A DNA stretch of 64,000 bases. Origin: an uncultured Gammaproteobacteria bacterium (GTDB taxonomy: Bacteria; Patescibacteriota; Microgenomatia; JALYQM01). The notes beneath the pieces are model-generated. The model saw only the letters and a program-made list of their open reading frames with translations, was not told the DNA's origin and did no database searches. The stretch spans positions 90,054 to 154,053 of the forward strand of contig CAZHTP010000002.1 in the NCBI GenBank assembly GCA_964535655.1, given 5' to 3'. Within the stretch, counting starts at the first letter, position 1; every line of letters starts with the position of its first letter. Made by a program: the position numbers and the translations under genes. This document shows, piece by piece, positions 52,342-60,956 of the stretch.

Positions 52342-52760
52342 TGAAACATATTATCCGCAATATTTTAATTGCTATCGGTGGAATCTATTTGTTAACCTTC
52401 CTTAATAGTGGATTCACCTATTCGGGAGATTATCGTACGCTTCTTTTGGCTGGCTTTGTCATGTTTTTTCTTGACACCATTGTTGAGCCTATTCTTAACA
52501 TAATTTTTATCCCGATTAATTTTCTTACAGCGGGGCTATTTAAGTGGATTGTAGCGGTTGGACTATTTTACGCTCTAGTCTACTTTGTCCCTGCTATTCA
52601 TATTAGTTCTTGGTTTTTTTCTGGCTATTCCTTAGTAGTCCCAAAGTTTAATACCATCCATATTCCTTCATACAACTTTGCCTTTTGGCCAAATTTAGTT
52701 CTATTGTCCTTTATGTATAACTTTGTAGTAGGATGGTTAAAATGGCTTTGTAGTGATTAA
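52341..52760 (+). CDS. Phage-holin-family (YvlD-like) membrane protein
   Basis: IVEPILNII..PINFLTAGLF motif; 4 TM. Confidence 0.75.
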   Translation: MKHIIRNILIAIGGIYLLTFLNSGFTYSGDYRTLLLAGFVMFFLDTIVEPILNIIFIPINFLTAGLFKWIVAVGLFYALVYFVPAIHISSWFFSGYSLVVPKFNTIHIPSYNFAFWPNLVLLSFMYNFVVGWLKWLCSD

Positions 52761-52807
52761 AAGCATTGGTTTGCGCTCCAGTCGCGCTTAGTATATAATC
52801 CTAAGGT

Positions 52808-53026
52808 ATGAAAATTCTTCAGATAATACAAATCACTCAGATTATTGTCTCTGTACTGCTTATCGTTGTGGTTTCTATTCAAGGCAAGGGGGCAGGGCTT
52901 TCCTCAACATTCGGCGGGGGAGCACTGTACAGCACACGTCGTGGAGCTGAAAAATTTGTTTTTTACGCGACCATTATTCTCGGAATCCTATTTGCCGGCC
53001 TTTCTCTCACAACATTATTTATATAA
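52808..53026 (+). CDS. secG: Preprotein translocase subunit SecG
   Basis: Q.KGAGLS..FGG...TRRGAEK between two TMs. Confidence 0.92.
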   Translation: MKILQIIQITQIIVSVLLIVVVSIQGKGAGLSSTFGGGALYSTRRGAEKFVFYATIILGILFAGLSLTTLFI

Positions 53027-53044
53027 TCAGTTATAATAGCTACT

Positions 53045-54460
53045 ATGAATAAGCAGATCCGGTTCTATTCCTGGATGATTCAGGGGTATATTCGTAAGCA
53101 CACACTTAAAACACTTTTTATACTCTCCCTAATTATTATTTCAGGCTATGGGATATCTCTGTGGATTCCAACAATTACCAAGCCCAATGAAGATATTTTT
53201 ATTGAAGGGTACGTTGGTAAGTTTACTAAACGTAATTTACCACCGCAAATTCTAGACTATATCAGTTATGGTTTAGTAACAACTGACGTCCAAGGCAAAC
53301 CGATACCAAAAGCGGCCGAATCAATTGAATCAGATGGAACTGGCAAAAAATTTACCGTCAAACTACGAAAAGATATTAAATGGCATAACGGCACACCACT
53401 CCTTTCGACAGACTTAACGTATAACCTTGCTGATGTACAGATTGATAGGCCTGACGAGCACACCTTAGTTTTTACTCTTAAAGATTCCTTTGCACCATTC
53501 CCTACATTGTTAACAGGTCCACTCATTAAAATTACCTCTTCAAATGACGAAGTGCTGGGAATAGGTGATTACTACCTTGCTACAGAAGAGTACCGACAGA
53601 CTCAGTATATAACTACTATTGAATTACGTTCAGTAAAAAAATCTCCGCATATTGTAAGAATTAAATTTTATCCAACGGAACAGGATGCCGTTACTGCATT
53701 AAAGCTTGGGCAAATTCAAGGACTACGAATAACTAATTCTCAAGAAGTAAGAGATTGGAATAATGTAGTGGTGTATGAAAAAGTCATTCCTAAGCGATTT
53801 GTAGGAGTATTTTTTCAGTTAAAAGATAATTTAGTAGGGGGCAAAGAGCCTATTCTTAGACAAGCACTATCAGCAGCAATACCCGACATACCTAAGGAGC
53901 TACAATTTAAAGGGCCATTCCCCCCAGGATCATGGGCCGAATCTTCAATTGAAAGCAAATACCATAGTGCCCCCGATAAAGCGAAACTACTTCTTGATCA
54001 ATACAAGAAAAATAATAAAGGCTCAACTCAAGATCTCTCAATAACACTGTCAACGTTACCTGCGTACAAAAACACGGCCGATCACGTAGCTCTTGCCTGG
54101 GCAAATATTGGAGTAAAAACGAAAATAAATATTGTTGATAAAATCCCAGAAAATTTTCAAGCGCTTATCATTGGACAAGAAATCCCCGCCGATCCAGATC
54201 AATACAGTTTATGGCATTCCACTCAAAAGCAATCGAATATAACGAACTATGATTTTAACAAGCGAGTGGACAAAGATTTGGAAGATGCCCGAAAGACTAT
54301 TAATGAAAATGTCAGAAAAGAAAAATATGCGGATTTTGAAAAGCAGATATTAGAAGATGTCCCTGTAATCTACTTGTATCAACCTTATTATGAGTACGTA
54401 TTACTCAAGAAAAAAAATACTGAACAGGTAAAGCAGTTTAAAGGGTTTTCTTCAAAGTAG
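53045..54460 (+). CDS. ABC transporter substrate-binding protein, family 5
   Basis: GLV...G...P..A, LR...KWH.G, DPDQYSLWHSTQ. Confidence 0.85.
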   Translation: MNKQIRFYSWMIQGYIRKHTLKTLFILSLIIISGYGISLWIPTITKPNEDIFIEGYVGKFTKRNLPPQILDYISYGLVTTDVQGKPIPKAAESIESDGTGKKFTVKLRKDIKWHNGTPLLSTDLTYNLADVQIDRPDEHTLVFTLKDSFAPFPTLLTGPLIKITSSNDEVLGIGDYYLATEEYRQTQYITTIELRSVKKSPHIVRIKFYPTEQDAVTALKLGQIQGLRITNSQEVRDWNNVVVYEKVIPKRFVGVFFQLKDNLVGGKEPILRQALSAAIPDIPKELQFKGPFPPGSWAESSIESKYHSAPDKAKLLLDQYKKNNKGSTQDLSITLSTLPAYKNTADHVALAWANIGVKTKINIVDKIPENFQALIIGQEIPADPDQYSLWHSTQKQSNITNYDFNKRVDKDLEDARKTINENVRKEKYADFEKQILEDVPVIYLYQPYYEYVLLKKKNTEQVKQFKGFSSK

Positions 54461-54467
54461 GGTTAAT

Positions 54468-54605
54468 CTAATGAGCATCCTGTCGAGCTCTATTCTGCGC
54501 ATACTTATCAGCGCGCGCCTTCCCGCCACTTCGTGCAACTCTTTTTCTTGTTTCTACATCTGCATAGTATAAACCGCGCGGTTTTGATTTCTGACTTCGT
54601 GTCAT
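54468..54605 (-). CDS. 45-aa KGG-repeat-like stress microprotein
   Basis: SD GGAGG; MTRSQKSKPRGLYYADVETRKRVARSGGKARADK.. Confidence 0.6.
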   Translation of the reverse strand: MTRSQKSKPRGLYYADVETRKRVARSGGKARADKYAQNRARQDAH

Positions 54606-54766
54606 AGCTGCCTCCAGATATTTATATCAAATATATAATAATAATGTATAATAAGATTATCATATAAAAATATTTTGTTCAACAGGAAAAATGCGCAAAA
54701 GATATAATTTAGTTTTGTATCTCTGTTGTGATATAATTCCTAAGAACAAATCGTTAGTTTCTATCC

Positions 54767-54839
54767 GCCTTCGTAGCTTAATGGATAGAGCAGTTGGCTT
54801 CGAACCAACCGGTTGGGGGTTCGAGTCCCTCCGAAGGCA
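54767..54839 (+). tRNA. tRNA-Arg(TCG)
   Basis: GCCTTCG..CGAAGGC; GTTGG-CTTCGAA-CCAAC. Confidence 0.95.
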
Positions 54840-54846
54840 CCGAGCA

Positions 54847-54872
54847 GAAGCCAGTCTCGCGACTGGTTTTTA
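54847..54872 (+). terminator. Intrinsic terminator-like hairpin between tRNA-Arg and tRNA-Lys
   Basis: AAGCCAGTC-TCGC-GACTGGTTTTT. Confidence 0.55.
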
Positions 54873-54882
54873 GTTGTTTTTT

Positions 54883-54954
54883 GGGCTGGTAGCTCAGCGG
54901 TAGAGCAGTTGCCTCTTAAGCAATTGGTCCTGGGTTCGAATCCCAGTCAGCCCA
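54883..54954 (+). tRNA. tRNA-Lys(CTT)
   Basis: GGGCTGG..TCAGCCC; GTTGC-CTCTTAA-GCAAT. Confidence 0.95.
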
Positions 54955-56715
54955 CAAGTTATCATTTCTGACTTCGAACTTTCCTTCGCTGGCAAGCCGT
55001 TGCATTATGTCTTGCGGTAAGCGTAAATCTATTCTTACTTGGTACGGTATTACTTGGTCTTCCTTCTTTCGACCCGCTATAACGTCTTTTTTTGTCGCTT
55101 TTCGAGTGTAAACATGGATTCTATCAACGATAAGATGTATTAAAGTTGACACTTCTTGCCTGTCTGTCATTAGCCCGTCTAAAAATGGTTTATATTGCTT
55201 TGCGAATAACTTAAAGGTTCGAGCATAAACGTTTGAAATTTCACCTTCACCGATTTGAAATTGTATTGTTGCTAAGTCTTTCTTTAATTCGACTTCTTTT
55301 CTATTTATGTTGTCCATTTTTTCGTCATATTCTGCGTCGCTAATATCGCCTCGCTCATACATACGTTTTACGTTTTGACGTCGTCGTGGCAATTCGTTTA
55401 GAACTTTTGTTATATCTGATTGTTTTTTCTCTAGCAGTCTTTTTCTGGCCTTTGTCGATTGAAGTGAATTAACATGGTTGTAGACGCTTTGGGGGTCATT
55501 TAGTAAGTCTTTTACAAAGTTCGATACAAATTGTTCTATCTCGTCGGCTGGGAAGGGAATAGCCCTACAAACAGTCGAATACTTTTTTGTATTCTTTGCA
55601 CCACATTGGTAGTAGTAAGCCCGTTTACCGTTCTTCTTAATAACCTTACTTGTTCCCGTCCAGTTAAGCGGGTCACGGTCAGAATAAGGGTCGTAGCAAG
55701 CATGACATTTTAGAAGACCAGACAATAAATAAAGGTGATTATCAGCCGTTTTCTGGCTATTTCGTAAGGCGATATCTTCTTTAATGCGTTGTTGCGCCAA
55801 TTCAAATATACCGAAGTCGATAATTGCGTCATGCTGGTATGGCGATTTTTCCCATAAAGACCTGTCAAGACGCTTACTTCCCTGGTTCTTGTTGTAATAA
55901 TAAATACCTAAATACACTTCGTCTTTAATAATTGCTCTAACAGTCGAATCGCGCCAAAAATGTGGGTCATTTATCTTCGTGCGGCCTGCCCGTCTTTTGC
56001 CATATTTAATCGCGGAAGGCGAAGGTGTGAGAACTTTTTTATCTATTAGGTAGTCAGCAATTTGCTGGGTATTTCTTTTTTCGACTACAAAAAGTTCAAA
56101 AATGTTGCGCACAATTTCAGTTTCAGGTTGTAAAATTTGAAGCCGCTTATCTTTATCCTTTTTATAGCCATAAGGCGCGTTTGCACCCATATAGACGCCA
56201 CGTTCTATCGCTTGCTTTTTGCCACCCTGCGTTCTATCTTTTGTTGTTTCCCTTTCGAGTTCAGCTACTACCCCGATAATACCTAGCATTGCTTTACCGA
56301 AGGGCGTAGAGGTATCTATACTTTCATTCGCAGAAATGAATTTTATGTCGTGAGCCTCGAAGTATTCAGTTACTTCCAGTAGGATTTTTAGCTTACGGGC
56401 GAATCTATCAATACGATAAACAAGAACAATATCAAAAGGTTTTACGCCACCTGGCGCGTTTTCTATATCTTCTTTCATTCGTATAAACGCGGGTCTTTGC
56501 TCTAAGGGCGTTGTGCCACTAACACCTTCTTCTTTGTATAAATACTGTTTGCCAGCTAAAACCATAGCGGGTTTACCGTTATCAAGATTGCCTTTAGACG
56601 CAATAATCCCTTCTATTGAAGCCTTTTGCAAAGGAATGCCGTATTTTTCCATTTGTTCGTCCGTAGATACTCGAAGATATCCCGCGGCACGAAGTGTTAC
56701 TTGTTGTTTATTCAT
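54916..56715 (-). CDS. Large serine recombinase A; last 11 aa encoded by antisense tRNA-Lys
   Basis: YLRVST, DRFAR, APYGY, zinc ribbon C..C..YYQC. Confidence 0.93.
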   Translation of the reverse strand: MNKQQVTLRAAGYLRVSTDEQMEKYGIPLQKASIEGIIASKGNLDNGKPAMVLAGKQYLYKEEGVSGTTPLEQRPAFIRMKEDIENAPGGVKPFDIVLVYRIDRFARKLKILLEVTEYFEAHDIKFISANESIDTSTPFGKAMLGIIGVVAELERETTKDRTQGGKKQAIERGVYMGANAPYGYKKDKDKRLQILQPETEIVRNIFELFVVEKRNTQQIADYLIDKKVLTPSPSAIKYGKRRAGRTKINDPHFWRDSTVRAIIKDEVYLGIYYYNKNQGSKRLDRSLWEKSPYQHDAIIDFGIFELAQQRIKEDIALRNSQKTADNHLYLLSGLLKCHACYDPYSDRDPLNWTGTSKVIKKNGKRAYYYQCGAKNTKKYSTVCRAIPFPADEIEQFVSNFVKDLLNDPQSVYNHVNSLQSTKARKRLLEKKQSDITKVLNELPRRRQNVKRMYERGDISDAEYDEKMDNINRKEVELKKDLATIQFQIGEGEISNVYARTFKLFAKQYKPFLDGLMTDRQEVSTLIHLIVDRIHVYTRKATKKDVIAGRKKEDQVIPYQVRIDLRLPQDIMQRLASEGKFEVRNDNLWADWDSNPGPIA

Positions 56716-57103
56716 GGTCGTTATTAGTTCCTGGTATGTTATCTTTAACTACCTGCTCGTCTTTTGCGCGAAATCCATGTGTCAATTTATGAAGTAGTTG
56801 CTTATCCTCGGTTTCAGACGACCTTATAACCACTTCTAGCTTCCGTACACCTGTATTCTGCTTGAAGTCTATTGAATACTTATTCAGAACGAGAATGTCC
56901 AGCAAAACCCCACCTAGAGCCTGTAAATCGCTTTCTTTATAAGGTTCTTCCATATCCTGAAACTGGCTCGATTTGAAGTTTTTGTAAGGAATACCCCATT
57001 TATAAATGCACGCATTCCTTTCTATGAGAACAGACATTAGGTCGTCTGGTTGAAATAAGCCGTCTGCTTCTTCGGGAAGTTCGTATTTAGAGTTCTTTTT
57101 CAT
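56708..57103 (-). CDS. Hypothetical protein coupled to the integrase
   Basis: Overlaps the LSR start. Confidence 0.6.
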   Translation of the reverse strand: MKKNSKYELPEEADGLFQPDDLMSVLIERNACIYKWGIPYKNFKSSQFQDMEEPYKESDLQALGGVLLDILVLNKYSIDFKQNTGVRKLEVVIRSSETEDKQLLHKLTHGFRAKDEQVVKDNIPGTNNDHE

Positions 57104-57152
57104 AAATGTTATTTCTAATTATAGCTTAAAGATGTATAATTTAGTATAAGTT

Positions 57153-57341
57153 ATGCCAAGTAAAACAAAACTACTGCGAATAAGGGAAGCCGCCGAACTG
57201 TTAGGCGTAAATCCCGAAACGTTACGACGCTGGGACAATGAAGGGCGTCTAAAGGCTATTCGCATAGGTAAAAGGCAAGATAGAAGATATAAGCCAGAAG
57301 ACGTTCAAAGGATTATTGAAGGTAAAACAAACAATGAGTAA
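57153..57341 (+). CDS. MerR-like/excisionase HTH protein
   Basis: LLRIREAAELLGVNPETLRRWD..G.L...R...RRY. Confidence 0.88.
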   Translation: MPSKTKLLRIREAAELLGVNPETLRRWDNEGRLKAIRIGKRQDRRYKPEDVQRIIEGKTNNE

Positions 57342-58818
57342 CGATAAGGGAAATACACAGCCAAAAATACTTTTTTCAGACCACTTTAATGTAGATAAAA
57401 AGGCACTTGACGAATATGGTGCTTTCGATATTTCATTAGTTGCGGATTTCCCCTTATTCATTGACCCTTTCCTTCTTTTTAATAGTAAAAAGCCTGAATA
57501 CCAGCAACTGCATGACGGAATGATTGCCTATTTGCGATTCTTACGAGACAAGTCGGTTTCCCAGCCAATAGATAAAGGATTATTAGCGGCGTGGTATCGC
57601 TTCAAAGAAGTCAAACAAAATTGGTTAGGTTTTTCTGTAGACGGAAATAGCGGTAGCGCGTTAGGGGCGGACTTTGCTAAAGCATTAAATGAAAACTTTG
57701 CGAAAATCTTTACCGATTACGGTGAAGAAAAGGTAACAAGAAGTTCCCATTTAGAAAAATTGTGTCTGATAAAAGACGGTGTTGGTAAAGACAATATAAG
57801 TGATTTCACGACTAATCTCACCTTAGACTTCTTGCTTCAATATACCCAGTCATTCGCCAAGAAATATATTGACCCCTCACTTTGCAAGGAATTCCGAATC
57901 CCTCGCGTTCGCTTTAACTATGAAACTGAATCGTGGGAAGAAGGTACTTACACACTACCGTCTTATCAAAATGACTTCGTAATTTTAACCCCAAAAGACT
58001 TACTGACAAAAGATGAAACCTGGATAAATAAAGACGACCTTGTTGAAGATTTTTATAATATCCCGAATGCTATTTCTAATGATGAACTTCGTGCGAAAAT
58101 CAACAACTACTTTAGAAGCGTATTGCCAAAAGACCCTAAAAAGAAAGACGAAAAAGAAGCTGCTATAAAAACGATACTAGAATTCCCTGAACTTATTGAC
58201 TACTACATTAAACACAAGGAAGATAACGGCGACAGAGCTACAAGCATTAGCGAACAGAAAGTAGCCCATTCAGAGTTGATGTATGTAGACCAATTTACGG
58301 CTTTCGCAAAACTGCTTGCCGAAAAGACGGACTTTTATAAAACGCCGTATGATTCTTATGACGAAGCTATGCAGCGGGTACAATACCTAAAATCAGTTAT
58401 TGAAAATAACGATGGGTACAGGTTCTTTTATGTAGATAATGAGCCGATAAGACGCGAAGAAGACTTAAAAATTGCCTACCGCCTTACTTGGCGTGGTTCT
58501 ACATTCGATTTTAATACCGAAGTAAATAATGGCCGTGGCCCAGTCGATGTAAAAGTGTCTAAAGGTTCGGCCGATAAAAGTCTTGTCGAACTGAAACTAG
58601 CTACAAATACACAACTTGAAAGGAATTTGCAAAACCAGGTGGGTGTTTATGAAGAAGCAAACAACACGAAGAAAAGTATCAAAGTTATTATCTACTTTAC
58701 CTTTCAAGAATTGCGACGCGTTCAAGGAATACTTAAAAGGTTAGGCCTCGAAGGAAAAGAAAATGTCGTTTTAATTGACGCACGGAAAGATAACAAAACG
58801 TCGGCTTCAAAAGTATAA
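57334..58818 (+). CDS. Putative PD-(D/E)xK nuclease (candidate defence protein)
   Basis: C-terminal E..NGRGPVD..VELKLA; N-terminal D.PLFIDPFLL. Confidence 0.6.
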   Translation: MSNDKGNTQPKILFSDHFNVDKKALDEYGAFDISLVADFPLFIDPFLLFNSKKPEYQQLHDGMIAYLRFLRDKSVSQPIDKGLLAAWYRFKEVKQNWLGFSVDGNSGSALGADFAKALNENFAKIFTDYGEEKVTRSSHLEKLCLIKDGVGKDNISDFTTNLTLDFLLQYTQSFAKKYIDPSLCKEFRIPRVRFNYETESWEEGTYTLPSYQNDFVILTPKDLLTKDETWINKDDLVEDFYNIPNAISNDELRAKINNYFRSVLPKDPKKKDEKEAAIKTILEFPELIDYYIKHKEDNGDRATSISEQKVAHSELMYVDQFTAFAKLLAEKTDFYKTPYDSYDEAMQRVQYLKSVIENNDGYRFFYVDNEPIRREEDLKIAYRLTWRGSTFDFNTEVNNGRGPVDVKVSKGSADKSLVELKLATNTQLERNLQNQVGVYEEANNTKKSIKVIIYFTFQELRRVQGILKRLGLEGKENVVLIDARKDNKTSASKV

Positions 58819-58820
58819 TT

Positions 58821-59831
58821 ATGAAATATATTGCATATACAGTAAAAGGCCTTGAAGATGTCGCTAGGCAAGAAATTAAAGATTTAATCCGTGAAGTGAA
58901 CTTTGCAGACTTAAAACCTAAAAGGATTATCTTCGAAACTAACGATACTAACGCATTAACTAGCTTAAAAACGATTGATGATATTTGTTTACTACTTGTT
59001 ACAAGTGAAGTATCAAACGTCGACGAAGTTTTAGACACTTTTAAGGATATAAACCTAGAAGCGGCAAGGGAACACATAGAACAATATCGAAAGATTGGGG
59101 ATACTTTTTCTGTTACTTTTAGTTTGGCTAAAACGAAGATTAAAACAGAAGAACTTCAAAGCTCTCTAAGTAAGATTATTAGCGAGCGTTACAACTGGGA
59201 ATATACAGAACTCGACCACTCTAATTTCGATGTACGCGTTTTTATAGATAATAAAGAACTGTATGTCTCGGTGCGTCTTACAGAAAAGCCATTATTCCAT
59301 AGAAGTTACCGCACAGTTTCTTCTAAAGGTGGTTTAAGACCTAGTATTGCCGCCGCCCTGGTTAAACTTGCCACAATGGATAGCAAAGGTACTGTCGTAG
59401 ATAATTTCTGTGGTAGTGGAACGATACTCGCCGAAGCATACCTTGCAGGTAATGATATTTACGGTGGGGATATTGAAAATACAGCAGTCGAAGCTACTTT
59501 ACAGAACCTATCTAATTTAGGGTGTAAAACAGACGGTAAGATTAAAAGGTTAGACGCTCTAAAAGCACCATGGAAGGATAATCAATTCGATTTTGCTATA
59601 TCTAACTTGCCATGGGACAAGCAAATTGAAATTAAAAGCGTTACCGATTTATATGTCGGTTCGCTATCAGAATATGCTCGTATCTTAAAACCAGACGGAA
59701 GATTATGTCTATTAGTATCCAAACCAGATTTGCTAATCAAACACGCTAAGACATTTTTCCCAAAGAAGAAGATAGAAAAGATTCAAATAGGATTTTTAGG
59801 GCAAACACCTTCAATAATTACGATTATTTAA
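58821..59831 (+). CDS. THUMP-domain SAM-dependent RNA methyltransferase (Trm14/TrmN/RlmL-like)
   Basis: GLE.VA..E, L.HRSYR, LRPSIAAAL, DNFCGSGTI, NLPW. Confidence 0.8.
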   Translation: MKYIAYTVKGLEDVARQEIKDLIREVNFADLKPKRIIFETNDTNALTSLKTIDDICLLLVTSEVSNVDEVLDTFKDINLEAAREHIEQYRKIGDTFSVTFSLAKTKIKTEELQSSLSKIISERYNWEYTELDHSNFDVRVFIDNKELYVSVRLTEKPLFHRSYRTVSSKGGLRPSIAAALVKLATMDSKGTVVDNFCGSGTILAEAYLAGNDIYGGDIENTAVEATLQNLSNLGCKTDGKIKRLDALKAPWKDNQFDFAISNLPWDKQIEIKSVTDLYVGSLSEYARILKPDGRLCLLVSKPDLLIKHAKTFFPKKKIEKIQIGFLGQTPSIITII

Positions 59832-60328
59832 GAAGGTTTTATATTTTCTTCAATCCACTTATCTAAATTCATTTGTTGATTGTAGGTAATATATTCTTCG
59901 TCTTCGGTGGGTTCTTCAAACATATCTAATGCTCGTTTAAGTGTTACTTCTTCGAGCTGACCCCGTTCTTGTGTTTTTTCGTTGATTTCCCACCGTCTTT
60001 TGATTTCCTCTAATGGAACATTAAGATAGATAACATTAAACTTTTTCCCTAAACTTTCCGCTATATTTCTGGCTGTTTGTCGCTCGCTTCTTTTAAGATT
60101 ACCCAGGTCTAAAACGACCGTTTTGTCTTCTTTCAGTAGCTTTTTTAGCTTTTCGTATCCTTCTGAATAAACGGTATTCCAGTCTTCTTGTGTCATATCT
60201 TCCACTTCAAAGCCTTTTTCGTCTATAACGTCGTCCATAGAAACTTTGATAAACCCAAAACGATTTACGAGTTCTTTAGTTAAAGTTGTTTTTCCTGAAT
60301 ATGGAAGCCCTGTTAATATATAAAGCAT
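59828..60328 (-). CDS. P-loop kinase (AAA_33-like)
   Basis: GLPYSGKTT, S.D, VVLD..N..R.ER, FEEP. Confidence 0.8.
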   Translation of the reverse strand: MLYILTGLPYSGKTTLTKELVNRFGFIKVSMDDVIDEKGFEVEDMTQEDWNTVYSEGYEKLKKLLKEDKTVVLDLGNLKRSERQTARNIAESLGKKFNVIYLNVPLEEIKRRWEINEKTQERGQLEEVTLKRALDMFEEPTEDEEYITYNQQMNLDKWIEENIKPS

Positions 60329-60352
60329 GTTTAGATTATATCTGATAACGCA

Positions 60353-60952
60353 TTATTTAGCTTCTTGTTCTTTGCTTCTTACGTAATCGTGGTGTCGATT
60401 AAGAAGGTTTTCAAGTAACCTGGCTTCTTCTTCGTTTCTTGGTGCGCCAAGTTGTTGTGAATCACCTCGTTTTTTATTTAATTTTTCAAAGTATTTCATT
60501 TGGTCTAAATACCACATTGCGGCACGAACATTTGGTTGTCTTTCTGATACTAGAATATAAATTGTTTCTTTCGTTAAAGGGTGCGTAAAGGCACGGTAAC
60601 ATGGCTTACGCCCCTCTATAGCAAATGCCAAAGCTAATTGCGCTTGCATTGTTAAATTGTCCTTTGCCAGGCTAGCGACCCGCTGAAATGTTTCAGAGCT
60701 GGCCATGTATTTTTGCCGAGTATTTTCAGGGATATGTGCGTAAATAGCCGAATTTTTGTACGTATGGCCGAGGGATAGATAAAACAAAAAGTTATGAAGT
60801 TTTTCGGCGGTTAATTCTATCTTTCTACCACGCCTTTTTGGGTCTTTCGCGTTAGACAATTCTTTTACAATACTGCGATACACGCTATCAGAAACGTGTT
60901 GTTGAATAAATTCTTCTTCAAATGTTTGTATTACTTCTTTTCTTATATCCAT
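60353..60952 (-). CDS. Terminase-small-subunit-like HTH protein
   Basis: GRK..LT, G....SA..A.I...T...Y, F....A, RAAMWYL pattern. Confidence 0.5.
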   Translation of the reverse strand: MDIRKEVIQTFEEEFIQQHVSDSVYRSIVKELSNAKDPKRRGRKIELTAEKLHNFLFYLSLGHTYKNSAIYAHIPENTRQKYMASSETFQRVASLAKDNLTMQAQLALAFAIEGRKPCYRAFTHPLTKETIYILVSERQPNVRAAMWYLDQMKYFEKLNKKRGDSQQLGAPRNEEEARLLENLLNRHHDYVRSKEQEAK

Positions 60953-60956
60953 AGGC

